Below the pieces are notes generated by a model. It saw only the letters and a program-made list of their open reading frames with translations, had not been told where the DNA came from and did not search any database. A stretch of DNA of 64,000 bases from Paramoeba atlantica (Eukaryota; Protista; Discosea), in the NCBI GenBank assembly GCA_977017575.1, contig CDRNVI010000066.1:62001-126000 (forward strand), given 5' to 3'. Positions 63,992 through 64,000 of this stretch are shown piece after piece; position 1 is the stretch's first letter, and every line of letters begins with the position of its first letter. A program made the position numbers and the translations under genes.

Positions 63992-64000
63992 TGATTCACA

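Overview
Eukaryotic, intron-free, gene-dense DNA. Essentially all host genes are on the minus strand (ISWI-like, BCS1, RanBP2-ZnF, bromo-MRG, PP4R1-like, DDB1, NOP4/RBM28, ARF1, ZIP4-like, ubiquitin, Sm/LSm, PSF1, trypsin-like, MOCS3/UBA4, UTP10). Together with a trypanosomatid-like ARF1 and spliced-leader (SL) core sequences, this points to a kinetoplastid polycistronic gene cluster, possibly a non-trypanosomatid lineage (inference). Two mobile-element islands (about 5.5-15.3 kb and 29.5-50.4 kb) interrupt it. Most striking: two divergent RLE-type (HERO/NeSL/R2-like) non-LTR retrotransposons. Each begins with the same SL-like sequence ATACAGTTTCTGTACCTTGTTG, followed by a 31-32 nt UTR holding an 11-nt antisense to the SL-like leader. 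Each encodes three Mer3/HFM1-type CxHxCxxKxxCxHxCCK zinc fingers and a shared unknown domain in shuffled order. Also present: CRE-clade retroelements (one with a 2A-like GCIEANPGP motif), a bacterial-type IS30 transposase inside 23-bp inverted repeats with a Merlin/IS1595 fragment, four TA-flanked MITE-like elements, recurrent exact 16-bp tandem duplications (one frameshifts the ZIP4-like gene), and GC islands with C-to-G skew inversions. All calls are by eye and from recalled motifs; no searches were run.
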